A stretch of DNA of 64,000 nucleotides from Gekko japonicus (Eukaryota), in assembly GCF_001447785.1 (NCBI RefSeq), contig NW_015172553.1, forward strand, positions 601,737-665,736, given 5' to 3'. The position numbers and the translations under genes are program-made. Below, one piece after another: positions 49,701-60,147 of this stretch (the stretch's first letter is position 1; every line of letters starts with the position of its first letter). The notes under the pieces were generated by a model. The model was not told where the DNA came from. It made no database searches and saw only the letters and a list, made by a program, of their open reading frames with translations.

Positions 49701-52700
49701 CTCCAGGTAGCCCCTTCCTCCAACTGAAGTGGCTCTTCCTCCAACGAAAGACACATTTAAGTTGGAGAAAGACTCCTTAGACTGAAGGAGGTTGGGAATA
49801 AAAATTTAAACAAATGAATACATTTTGCCCACTGGAGTGGTGGGATAGGAGAAGGATCCACCCCACTGTGTACAGAGCCAGGGCCTCCTAGCCAGGAAAT
49901 CACCCTACCTTCTGATGTCCCCCTTCCATAGCACCACCACGCCTTGGATCCAGATCTTCTGGGCTGCTGCCCCTGCTGCGATTGCAGTTTTGCTGTCTGG
50001 GAAACTTACACCTTGGAGTTATGGGATGGTTGTGAATGGTTGTGTGAGTGTATATGAGTATGGTTGTGGATCACCGAATGATTGCATCTTAATTTCGTTG
50101 TACTATGTACAATGACAATAAAGTATATTAGTATTAGTATTAGTATTATTTCCCTTTGCAAAGTCTGAGAAAAAACATTTTGAAGGTCAAGAAGTGTTGA
50201 GACTTCAGATAATGGATGGGACGCCCTGAAGTCCTGCTCGCCACAGCCAGTGAGGGTGGTGAGAGATGATATATTCTATGGTGCTGGTGTTTTCAATATT
50301 TTATGGGCACAATTGTTCTGTAATGTCACCTACCCTGAGTGTTTGGAGTGGGATAGACAAGAACCCTAGTCTCAACAGATAGGACAAAGCAGTGTATTTC
50401 CTGGTATTTTATAGATACAACTTTGTTGTTCAGTCACACAGTCGAGTCCGACTCTTCGCGACACCATGGACCACATCACACCAGGCTCTCCTGCCTTCTG
50501 TTGTGCTCCGGAGTTTATTCAATTTCATGTTCGTTGTCTCGATAACACTGTCTAACCATCTCATCCTTTGCTGTCCTCGTCTTCTTTGACCTTCAATCTT
50601 TCCCATCATCAGGGTCTTCTCCAGTGAGTGCTCCCTTCTCATTTGGTGGCCAAAGTATTTGAGCTTCAGCTTCAGTATCTGGCCTTCAGTGACATGTTTT
50701 ATAATGCTATTCCAAGGAACACTTTGCATGCTCCTGTGTTACATATTGTTGAAAGCTCTTTGCCATCTACATGCTATATTAATTTACCCTGCAATAGCCC
50801 TATCCTAAATTGGTTTAAGAATCAAGATATGGAGGGTTTTTGGGTTAAATGTATCTATTTATTTATTTCATTAAACTTATGAATTGCCCACCCTGCAAGC
50901 AGGCTCTGGGCAATTTACAGCCTTATAAAACATTTAAAATACAGACAATATATATAATTATAATAAAAGTATACCTGAAAGACATAATTGTCCTACCTAC
51001 CTCAGCAGCTACAGTATGCTAGCCTCCAGGTGGGACTTGGGAATACCCTGGAATTACAGCTCATTTCCAGACTACAGAGAGCAGTTCCCTTGGAGAAAAT
51101 GGCATTGTACCTCACTGAGGTCCCTGTCCTCCATCCCCAAATTTTCAGGAGTTTCCCATCCTATATCTGGCAGCCCTAACCTCCCATCCCCCACCAGTGG
51201 GGGACCTGGCAACCCTAAGAGCAGCTTGCTGCCTGAGTGTTCATGCACTGACAGATACAGATTTAGAGGTAACATGCATGCGTTTCCCACTCTGAGATTA
51301 AATTCTAGACATTTGGTGGGAAGAGCTGAACCATAAAGAAGGACAATGCTGACAAAAATTTAATGAGGCATCCCCCCCCAAATAAAAATAAGGACAGCAA
51401 ATGGCATCCATGGTATAGAGGAACCATTGGAGCAGTCCTACCATGGTTCCACAACTAGACTGTGTGACATGTTCTCAAATGGGTTATAGTAGCAATGCCA
51501 TGAATATCTTTTGAAGGAAGGGAAACAAGAAAGGGAGAAGGGCAAGGACGAGAAAAGTCACATCTCAACCAGAATTAAATATGGCCCCATACTCCAGGGG
51601 GAAGGAAGGTGGCATGGTACAGCCCAATCTCATCAGATCTTGGAAGCTCAGACAGGTCAGTACTTGGATGGGAGATCACCAAGGAAGACTCTGCAGAAGG
51701 AGGCCATGGCAAACCACCTCTGCTTCTCACGTCCCTTGAAAGCCCCTTGCTGGGGTTGCCATAAGTCAACTGCAACTTGATGTCACTTTACACGCACACC
51801 CCTATAATGCAGGCTGGGTGGTGCAGAGAACAAAAAGGGGAAGTCCTCTGGAGCCATATGGCTAAAAAGTAACATTATTTATAAAGTATTTAAAAATTGG
51901 GGTGGATCCAGCCATTCTCCAGGTAGCCCCTTCCTCCAACTGAAGTGGCTCTTCCTCCAACGAAAGACACATTTAAGTTGGAGAAAGACTCCTTAGACTG
52001 AAGGAGGTTGGGAATAAAAATTTAAACAAATGAATACATTTTGCCCACTGGAGTGGTGGGATAGGAGAAGGATCCACCCCACTGTGTACAGAGCCAGGGC
52101 CTCCTAGCCAGGAAATCACCCTACCTTCTGATGTCCCCCTTTCATAGCACCACCACGCTTTGGATCCAGATCTTCTGGGCTGCTGCCCCTGCTGCGACTG
52201 CTGCTCCCTGCCTGACTGCGGCTCCTGCCCCGGCTGCGGCAGCTGTCCCAATTGCTGCTGCTGCTGCCCGAGCTGCTGCTGCCCCCCCAGCTGCAGCTGC
52301 TGCTGCCGGCTCTGCTGCTGCCTCCCAAGTCTTCTGTGCAAGTTGCCCAAGTTCCCCAGCTGCCCAGTGCACATCAAGAGGCTCTTGATCGTTGTGGTGA
52401 TCGTCGTTCTCATCGTGGTGATCATCGTGGGCGCCCTTCTGATGGGGCTGTTCATAACTCAGACACACACTGAGACGGTGAGTGGAGGGCTAAGTAAGTG
52501 GACATTGGTGAGGAAGGGGGCAATAGATATATGGGAAAGTAACCGGTTTTCACTTAGTGCACTTGGCTCAAAAAAAAAATCCCATTAAGGGGCATTTTTA
52601 CTTTTCCACAGTAGTGCAGTACCAGCACAGCTACTTGCAATGTTTGTCTACTTTTCCACAGGCTGTACAGCATCCTTGAGTTAATGAGACATGGATTTCG

Positions 52701-55700
52701 GAGAAGATTTGAATCACAAGGCGCAAGGGACAACAGCAAACATGCTAGGCGATAGATAAGGGGCACCAAGAAAAAGCTAATATCAGAAGTAAACTCCTAG
52801 GACTTCTCACCAAAACAGTCAACCTGAGTCTGGGGCAACTGTGAGGGCTTCACAGATATAAAAATGTGCTCTGCTCGTAGAAAGCTAGCTATCAAGGGGA
52901 GCAACATAATGATTTTGTACTCCCTGATATGATGATTTTCTTTGTGTAGGAATTTCCTTTGTTGTCTTTTTGGAATGAAGGAACATTTGGTCTTGTAAGC
53001 AACCGCTTGCACTCTGCAGGGGTATAGTCCAGGCACAGCTTGGTATAGAAGCTAGGGCACCAGGACAGGACCTCAGAAGCCCAGGTTCAAATCCCAACTT
53101 TGTCATAAAGTTCACTAAATGACCTTGAACTGCAGGCTAACCAACCTCACAGAGTTGCTGTGAGGATAAAATAGGAGAAAAAAAGCGTGCACACTGCCCT
53201 GAATTCCACGGAGTAAAGGAAGGATAAAAATAGATAGACTTAACTGATACAGGATACAACCAGTTTTCCAATGTCAGAGCTTACCAAATGCATGAAACAA
53301 GAGTGTGCATACAAAACTAAAGTGCCGTTGGAGCATAATAGTAAGCCAAAAAGTCTTCCATTCATATCTCTCCTATACACAGGGCTATTTTTGGGCAGGA
53401 ACGCACAGGAACGGAGTTCCGGCTGGCTCCTGAGTTGGCCACGCCCAGCAGGAACTCATTAGCATAATAGGCCACACCCAATAGCAGAAACTCATTAGGA
53501 TTGGCTGCATTAGGGGTGTGTGGCCTAACATGCAAAGGAGTTCCTGCTACAAAAAAAGCCCTGGGTTTTGACAACAAACAAGGTAAACAGAATAAGAAGG
53601 GAAAGGTGGGTGTGGCTGGATGACCACACTTCTGGTAACATGGGGGTGTGGCCTAATGTGCTAATGAGTGGTGTTGTCAGGGTGTGGCCTAATATGCTAA
53701 TGAGTTCCTGCTGGGCTTTTTCTACAAAAAGAGCCCTGCCTATACACTTATGCAGTAGCCTTTATTGAGCCGCCCACTCTAATTCAGACTCCCACCTACA
53801 ATACTGGGACAATGCTGACCTAACTTACTGGATTGTTGTAAGCAGTGTTCCCTCTAAGCTGAGTTAGTGTGAGCTAGCTCACACTAACTCAGCTTAGAGG
53901 GAACATTGGTTGTAGGGATTACTGAGATGACAAATATATAAGAGCATTCAGAACACTCTACAGCAGAATCTAAATACTATTGGTATTATTAACTACGGCT
54001 ATGGCTAGTCCACAAACTATCTGAGTTTAGGGAGCCGACTCTAACTCTAGCACCATTCCTTTCAGAAATTCAGTACTGCTTACCATCTCAAGATCCGTCT
54101 GCTCCCCAGAGTTGGGACTGGGACCCTTGCAGGCAGGCTGGTGAGAATGGAAATGAAAAGCAAGCATCCTCACCACAAGATCCGCCTGCTCCCCAGAGCT
54201 GGGACTGGGACCCTTGCTGGTAAGAATGGAAATGAAAAGCAAGCATCCTCACCATACTGTATCCTGTTCTCTATTCGTAGGTCTTGCAAATGACCATTGA
54301 AGGGCTGGAGGGGAGACAGTCGCAACTGAATCTGCCCATGGATCAGGAAGAAGTGGCCACTTTCCATGTGAATGATGGAATCAATGACCCAGCCACAGTC
54401 ATTTATTACTTTGGCAAGGTGAGCATGAGAGGCCGCTGGAGAAGAGGCTCTTTGGGAGAGAAGGGCCTTGGTCATTCAGGTTGGATCATGACACAATTGT
54501 CACTTTTACTATACATGGACAACATGCGGCTGCAATCTCACAAATGGTTGCCAGCCGGTTTAGTTCACAGCACCCATTCTCCCTTTCATTGCTTACATGA
54601 TTGCACGGAGCAGAACTGGAACGACATATCCGTCACTACTCAGCATTTGCCAAAATGCCCAGTTTCATCCCTCAAATTATGAATGTGCTCTAATTGAAAA
54701 GTTTTCTATACGAATACAGCAAAATACTTTTTAAAACAGATTTTTAGTGTTGTTGGCATCTCTTCGTTATTTTCACAAGCATCAGATATGAAATTCTTGC
54801 ATCCGGTGACTGTGTCAGCTATCCAACAAGGGAACTGAACTGAAATATCATTGGATCCTAAACACAAATGTTAAATTAGGTAGTATTATAGAGAACATCT
54901 AGAGAATTAAAATCAGGACTGGCAGCTCAAAAGTAGGCAGGGAAAGCTGGTGGTTCTGGTACGAATTCCAGCAGTGGCCTTCCCTGACTCATAACTTGTT
55001 CACACTGGGGGTCACTAGTTATGTGAGGCCAGCTGGGACCCTACTGCCTCCTTGGTTTAGCAGAGCATCCTCCGGCCATCTACGGTGGTGGTTCTACACC
55101 GTCAGCCAAGCTAAACCAGGAGTTCCTTCTGCTTGCTGGCTATTCTGGCAGTACTGGGTGTGAAGTGCCTGAACTCTGCTGCCAGGGGCCATGCTTCCAG
55201 ACCCCTGGCGCTTTAAAAACACAGAGGAGCCTTGGGTAACACATTTTTTTCACTCTACCATGAAGGAAATCTACAGCATGACCCAGCCTGCAGTTACTGC
55301 TAGATTTCACACAAAATTCAAAAACTGAGCCACCCTCCTTTTAATGCATTTCTAAGTCATCTATAGCCCTACCTGATTATTGGTATCTGAGAAGTACATA
55401 TTAATGAAAGCATGCCCTCTATCTGCAACAGCTACTGATTGGTTACAAATCCTGGAACAGAAAGGCCTGCTTCATCACCAGAATGGACGAGGGAAACATC
55501 CAAGGTCTAGATACTATCCTTAAAAAATTCCAGGTAAGAGCAGAAACCTGATACAGGGAAATATTAATATTAATATTATTATGGGACTGCAGGGAAATAT
55601 TATGAGATGGTGGTACTTATGGGAAAACCCTGGTGGATTTGCAAATGGGGAGAGGATGCCATCTACTCATGAGGAGGCTGATTGCTAGACAAGCACAGGT

Positions 55701-55903
55701 CATGGCCTCAGTGACTCTTCTTATGCAGAGTGGTAGATTGGTTCCAATTCTATTGTTTTCTTTTATAGACCAACCTATCCGTCACACCTCCCATGCACAC
55801 CTCCCAGGAAGAGGAGACGTTCCTTCTGTCCCAAGCTGATCACTCCATCTTGGGTGCTACAATTAACATCCTTTGCAGCCATGTCCCCATTTTCTGGGTT
55901 TAA
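46699..55903 (+). CDS. SFTPC: Surfactant protein C-like paralogue, copy B, with Cys-rich N-terminal propeptide; 5 coding exons, 255 aa (249 aa from the second ATG at 46717)
   Basis: Exons 46699-46761, 52148-52477, 54281-54418, 55432-55533, 55769-55903, all phase 0, GT-AG, no stops. [30 protein letters not shown] closely matches mature mammalian SP-C; BRICHOS exons align with copy A. Confidence 0.9.
47272..47625 (+). mobile_element. tRNA-derived Squam3-like SINE interrupted by an L2 3' end
   Basis: A/B boxes (tggcatagtggttaga, ggtccgaatccc), CORE-like gggttgttgtaaggataaaatgg. Confidence 0.7.
48167..48437 (-). mobile_element. RTE-BovB 3' fragment (duplicated at 50423-50693)
   Basis: [44 protein letters not shown]. 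Confidence 0.92.
49392..49580 (+). mobile_element. 5S-derived SINE (duplicated at 51608-51796)
   Basis: atctcatcagatcttggaagct...gtacttggatgggaga 5S-like head. Confidence 0.7.
49932..49981 (+). pseudogene. Duplicated, truncated 5' part of copy B exon 2 (pseudo-exon)
   Basis: Same acceptor and first 50 nt ([17 protein letters not shown]) as 52148-52197, then runs into intronic sequence with a stop at 50055-50057. Confidence 0.85.
50423..50693 (-). mobile_element. RTE-BovB 3' fragment (second copy, inside the duplication)
   Basis: Same ORF as 48174-48473. Confidence 0.92.
52148..52477 (+). CDS. SFTPC: SFTPC copy B exon 2 (Cys string + SP-C helix)
   Basis: 330 nt, [19 protein letters not shown]...[42 protein letters not shown]; acceptor cccctttcatag, donor gtgagt. 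Confidence 0.88.
53380..53738. mobile_element. hAT-type MITE
   Basis: TIR cagggct / agccctg, 8-bp TSD cctataca. Confidence 0.85.
53843..53908. mobile_element. 66-bp palindromic mini-MITE
   Basis: Same left end as the 31100 element, TSD gttgtaag/gttgtagg. Confidence 0.85.
54089..54254. repeat. About 87-bp tandem duplication just upstream of copy B exon 3
   Basis: caagatccg(t/c)ctgctccccagag...caagcatcctcacca at 54089 and 54176. Confidence 0.9.
54281..54418 (+). CDS. SFTPC: SFTPC copy B exon 3
   Basis: [46 protein letters not shown]; tag/gtgagc. Confidence 0.92.
55432..55533 (+). CDS. SFTPC: SFTPC copy B exon 4
   Basis: [34 protein letters not shown]; cag/gtaaga. Confidence 0.92.
55769..55903 (+). 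CDS. SFTPC: SFTPC copy B exon 5 (stop)
   Basis: [44 protein letters not shown]; donor gtgagt at 55908, 4 nt after the stop. Confidence 0.92.
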   Translation, partial: TNLSVTPPMHTSQEEETFLLSQADHSILGATINILCSHVPIFWV

Positions 55904-57227
55904 CAAGGTGAGTGAACAGAGATGTTCACTGTGGGTATGAGACCAAGGAGTTACAACTTCATGCAATAACATCTTGCAGACATCTATATACAATCCATTT
56001 GGCCACCCAAATCACTTATTCATTTGTATGCTTAAACTTGACAGATGTACGGTTGCCAGCTCCGGGTTGGAAAATTCCTGGAGATGAGGAGGGTGGAGCC
56101 TGGGGAGGGTGGGGTTTGGGGAAGGGAGGGACTTCAGTGGGGGATAATGCCATATGGTCCACCTACCATTTTCTCCAGGAGAACTGATCTCCTGCCACCA
56201 CCTGGAAATTGGCACTCCTGGACAGTTGTCTCTCCAAAAACGGGGAGAAGCAATGGACAAACTTGCCCAGGGCAAGTACGTGCCTTATGTCATCCACCAT
56301 AACACACTGAAAGACAAATCTTGGGCATGTTTACTGAGATGTTATCCCCACTGAGCCAGAGTCCCCACAGAGGCTGAAGACCTCGGCCACCACCCTTCCC
56401 CCACAGAGGATATCCCGAAGGCTCTCTAGCACTTTACATGAGAATAAGTTCCTCTCGTGTCCAAAAGAGTGTGCAGGTCTCTCTTATGGCACCATAGGAG
56501 TGGTCACTGCTCTTTTCTGGGCGGAGTCGCTTGAGGAGCAGAGAGCGCTTGCTGTGTCCAAAGCAGCTTGTCAGAGGTATCCCAGGGACAAGGAAGGGCA
56601 TGAAGGCAACTAGCAAGCTGCTAGTTAGCCATCACTACCATGACCCCACAGTCGCCAGTGCTGCCAAAACAAAAGCAGTGAGTTGGCAGGTCTGAAAAGC
56701 CCTATCAGTTTGGCCTGAAACGTCAGAGTTGTAGCTTCTTCTCAGGGTCTTTAGGGGAAAGACGAACACTTCAGTTTGGAGGGCCTAAATCAAAGACATG
56801 GGCTTATTTTCTGGCTGGCTCAAGAAGAGCTTTTTATATTTCTTCTTCATCCTTATCTCTCAAGCTCCAACCATAAGGCACCAGGCAGAGCCAGGCTCCT
56901 CCCTGACCAAACCGGTGCCATCCTTTACCCTCACCACCAGGCACCTCCTGACCTGCCAGGTATCACACCTTTGCCTCTTTGGGTCCCCATGGGAAGAAAG
57001 GCAAGGTGTAAATGAAGTAAATCATCAAGCCTGAGCCCCTGGAGAGATGAATTGCAGCAACGAGCAGTTACCACCAGAAGATGCTGAATTTCACGACCAT
57101 CACTTGACAACATTCTCTGCTGCAGCCCCACATTCAAGCAGAGGACCAGCCAGTACGCTTCAGTGCAGTTATGTGAAGACGGGTTCCCACCTTCCCAGGA
57201 TCTTATCGTTTCCTCTCTACCTTGCAG

Positions 57228-57861
57228 GTTCAGGACAGACAACTAAGCCCTGGGATTGCCCCTAAGTGGAACAGGAACACCTCTGAGCATCTTTTAGGGG
57301 GCAGTCCTGCCCTTGGGCTCAGTACAGCATACCAAGAATGGCTTTGGGTGTTAACAACATGTGCAGATACAGGAAATGTGCACAAGTTGTGCTTCCTGTA
57401 TTTGCTCATAGCATTAAGGCCTGAAGCCAGACTCCTAAAGGCAACCCTCACTGGGGCTGTGTCCGAGACTGTAAGCGGTCTGGGGCAGGGATTGCATTTC
57501 CGAGTTATGTGTCTGAGAAGACAGTTCAAATTGTTTGGGCTCCCTCACAGTCTGCAGACCACTCCCTGCCCAGCTCTTTCCTCCTCTCAAATAAGAACTT
57601 CCCTGACCGAACTACCACTCAGGCATCCCTGCTGTCTCCCCCACCCCACCCCTTAGTGGCAGCCAGTTCTGCTACCTTGAGGAGAGGCAGCATCTGGCAT
57701 CATGTAGGGCCCAGTTATAAGGGCTCCTAGTTGTGCAAGAAAAAGGAGGGAGAGAAAAGAAGCCCCCCCCCAAAAAAAGAGGCCGTTCTGCCTACTCCAT
57801 CTCCCCCTGTTATCATCATGCCCGGGTGGACTACAGTGGAATATAAAGGGGCTTAAATAAA
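57228..57861 (+). other. Candidate non-coding last exon (3' UTR) of SFTPC copy B
   Basis: Strong acceptor ttcctctctaccttgcag ending 57227 and AATAAA at 57856-57861; matches the donor just after the stop codon; unconfirmed. Confidence 0.35.
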
Positions 57862-58970
57862 TGATGGAGGCTTCTTCATGCTAACTCAAAGTGGCAGCAG
57901 TGTAATCCCAGAGGGTGGTAGATGGCAGGCTGAGGAATGGAATCCTTTGCAAAGGGTTTGTGCCTTGTGCTGACAGAGCCTCCTGGTGGGCTGTCTGTTT
58001 GAGAAACAGCCAGCACAGCTGGGAAGAGATGGGCATTCTTTGCCCTAGTTCTCACAGTGGCAGGGAACCGGAACCTGGGCTGCAAGCCTGCTCCTCCACA
58101 AGGATAAAAGTCCCTTTCATGTGAAAAACTAGCAAGGCAGGGAGAAGACTCGTAATTCAGGACCTCTTTCCCAAAAAAATTTCCCTGACATGCTAGCGTC
58201 TTATAAGAAAGATATTTTTATACAGAGAGAGAGAGGCGTTTAGTCTAAGCCTTGAATTCTCCCAGAATTACAGCTGATCTAGGGTTGCCAGCTGTGGGTT
58301 GTGAAATTCCTGGAGATTTGGGGGGTGGAGCCTAGGGATCTGAGGAGGGGAGAGACCTCAGTGGAGTATAACGCCTCCCAAAGCAGCCATTTTCTCCAGG
58401 AGAACTGAGGATCAATTGTAATTCCAAGAGATCTCCAGTCACCACCTGGAGAGTGGCAGCCCTTAGCTGATCCCCAGCGCCCCTGGAGAAAAGGGGAGCT
58501 TCAGAGGGTGGACTCTGTGGCATCACATCCCCGCTGAGCTCCCTCCTCTCCTCAGGCATCGTCTCCAAATCTCCAGGGATTTCCCCAAGTGAATTTGGCA
58601 GCCTTATGGCCCCAACTGACAGTCTACAGTGGTCCAGTGCAAACACAGGCTACCGGAGGGGTAGGAGATGGGAGTGGGGACCAACTAGGTTTTACCATAG
58701 CACTTCAGATGAATGCTAGAGCAGGGGTCTCCAACATGGTGCTCATGGTTGCCGTGGTGCCACCAGGACCTTTTCTGGTGCCTGCCAAGTGTTTTTAGGA
58801 AGTGGGTGGGGCCAGGTAGGGCTTTCGTCCAGCAAGGCTTCTTTTTCTTATTGGAGCTTTGATCAGTGGCCACCACAGTGAAAGGAGCTGCACTGTGTTA
58901 CTGTACTTCAGCAGTAGCAATCATTTTGTGGTTGGCTCAGCCTCCGGTGGCAGGCATTTTGTTGCTGCGC

Positions 58971-59342
58971 TAGGGATGCCAGATCCCCCGATGGGGGGTC
59001 CCCCATTTTCAGGCCCTACCTCTCCGCCCCATTATACCCCTTAAAAACAGGGAACAATGCCAGAAATTGTGACATTCCTATGTGTCCCGGAAGTAACATA
59101 GGCACATCAGGGACTTCAGGGTGGCGACTCTCTGGTTTTTGGGCAAAACTCTGTGGTGGAAGCTAATTCTACCATAGAGTTTTTGCCCAAAAGCATGAGC
59201 TCCACCCCCTGACGTCCCCGACATGCCTACGTCACTTCCAGGTCAAATAGGCATGTTGCATTGATTTCTGGCATTCCTCCCTGCTCCTGGTAAGTGCAGC
59301 CTCCGTCCCCTGCTGGCAGCTCCATGAGACCTGGCGACTCTA
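58971..59342. mobile_element. Nested hAT MITE
   Basis: tagggatgccag...ctggcgactcta, TSD tgctgcgc/tgctgcac. Confidence 0.8.
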
Positions 59343-59409
59343 TGCTGCACCCACCATGCCATGTCAGCATTCCAAATGCACCTGCAGGCTCAAAAAGGTT
59401 GGGGACCCC

Positions 59410-60147
59410 CTATAGATGGTATATGACACCGAAAAAAAAATAGCAAATATTAGCAGTAATATGTCAAGTAAATGTTGGAAATGTAAAAAAAATGGAAGGT
59501 TCTTTTTATCATATGTGGTGGACATGTGAAAAAGCAAAAAAAAAATTGGACGGAGGTCCATAGAGAAATTGAAAAAAATGTGAAATGTAAATTTAAAAAG
59601 GAGCCAGAGGTGGTGTTGTTGGGACTTAAAATGGAAGAAGTTAATATTGCAAAACGAACTCTAATGTGGTATATGATTATTACAGCTAGAATGAGGTACG
59701 CTCAATGCTGGAAACAAGAAAAAGTACCTGAGATCTGGGAATGGATAAAGAAGTTAATTTTCATGGTTGAAATGGATAAAATGACAAGAAAACTTAAGAA
59801 TCAAGAGGCAGAAGATTTTTTTGCAGATTGGAAAGACTTTAAAGACTATTTGGAGAAATACTGGGAGGTGAAGAACAATTTATTTAGCTTTGACAACTAC
59901 TGATGTTAGAAGGGTATTTAGAGTGTGTATAAGTGTATAAGAATAATAGTGTTACCTAATAAGTTTAAGTAATAGATGTAAGGTGAAGAGTAATAGAAAC
60001 AAAAAAACTGGGAGGAAGGTTGGAGCACTGCGGGAAGCCAGAAGAGGGAGAGGATTTGGGTAGAAAAGGATATAAAAGGATTGAAAAAAAATGTTATATT
60101 GTTTGATTTTGATGTTATATCCTAATAAAAATTGTTGTTTTTTTTAA
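59410..60147 (+). mobile_element. L1-clade LINE 3' fragment
   Basis: ORF2 C-terminal zinc-knuckle region (KCWKCK...HMWWTC), A-rich, AATAAA tail, about 18-bp TSD aaaaaggttggggacccc. Confidence 0.85.

Larger units (their letters stand above)
47724..52197. repeat. Tandem duplication, about 2.2-kb unit (47724-49979 / 49980-52197)
   Basis: Near-identical sequence, identical ORFs in the track (48136/50392, 49295/51511); offset shifts 2256->2240->2216 through small indels. Confidence 0.97.

Noticed and set aside
51973-52468. Poly-Gln, poly-Ala and poly-Ser ORFs in other frames
   Set aside because: Alternative readings of the TGC-rich Cys codons; only the Cys frame joins the SP-C helix and the phase-0 splice sites
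52160-52588. Stand-alone keratin-associated protein or metallothionein gene
   Set aside because: The ORF starts at TTG, is bounded by splice sites and continues into an SP-C helix, so it is an internal exon
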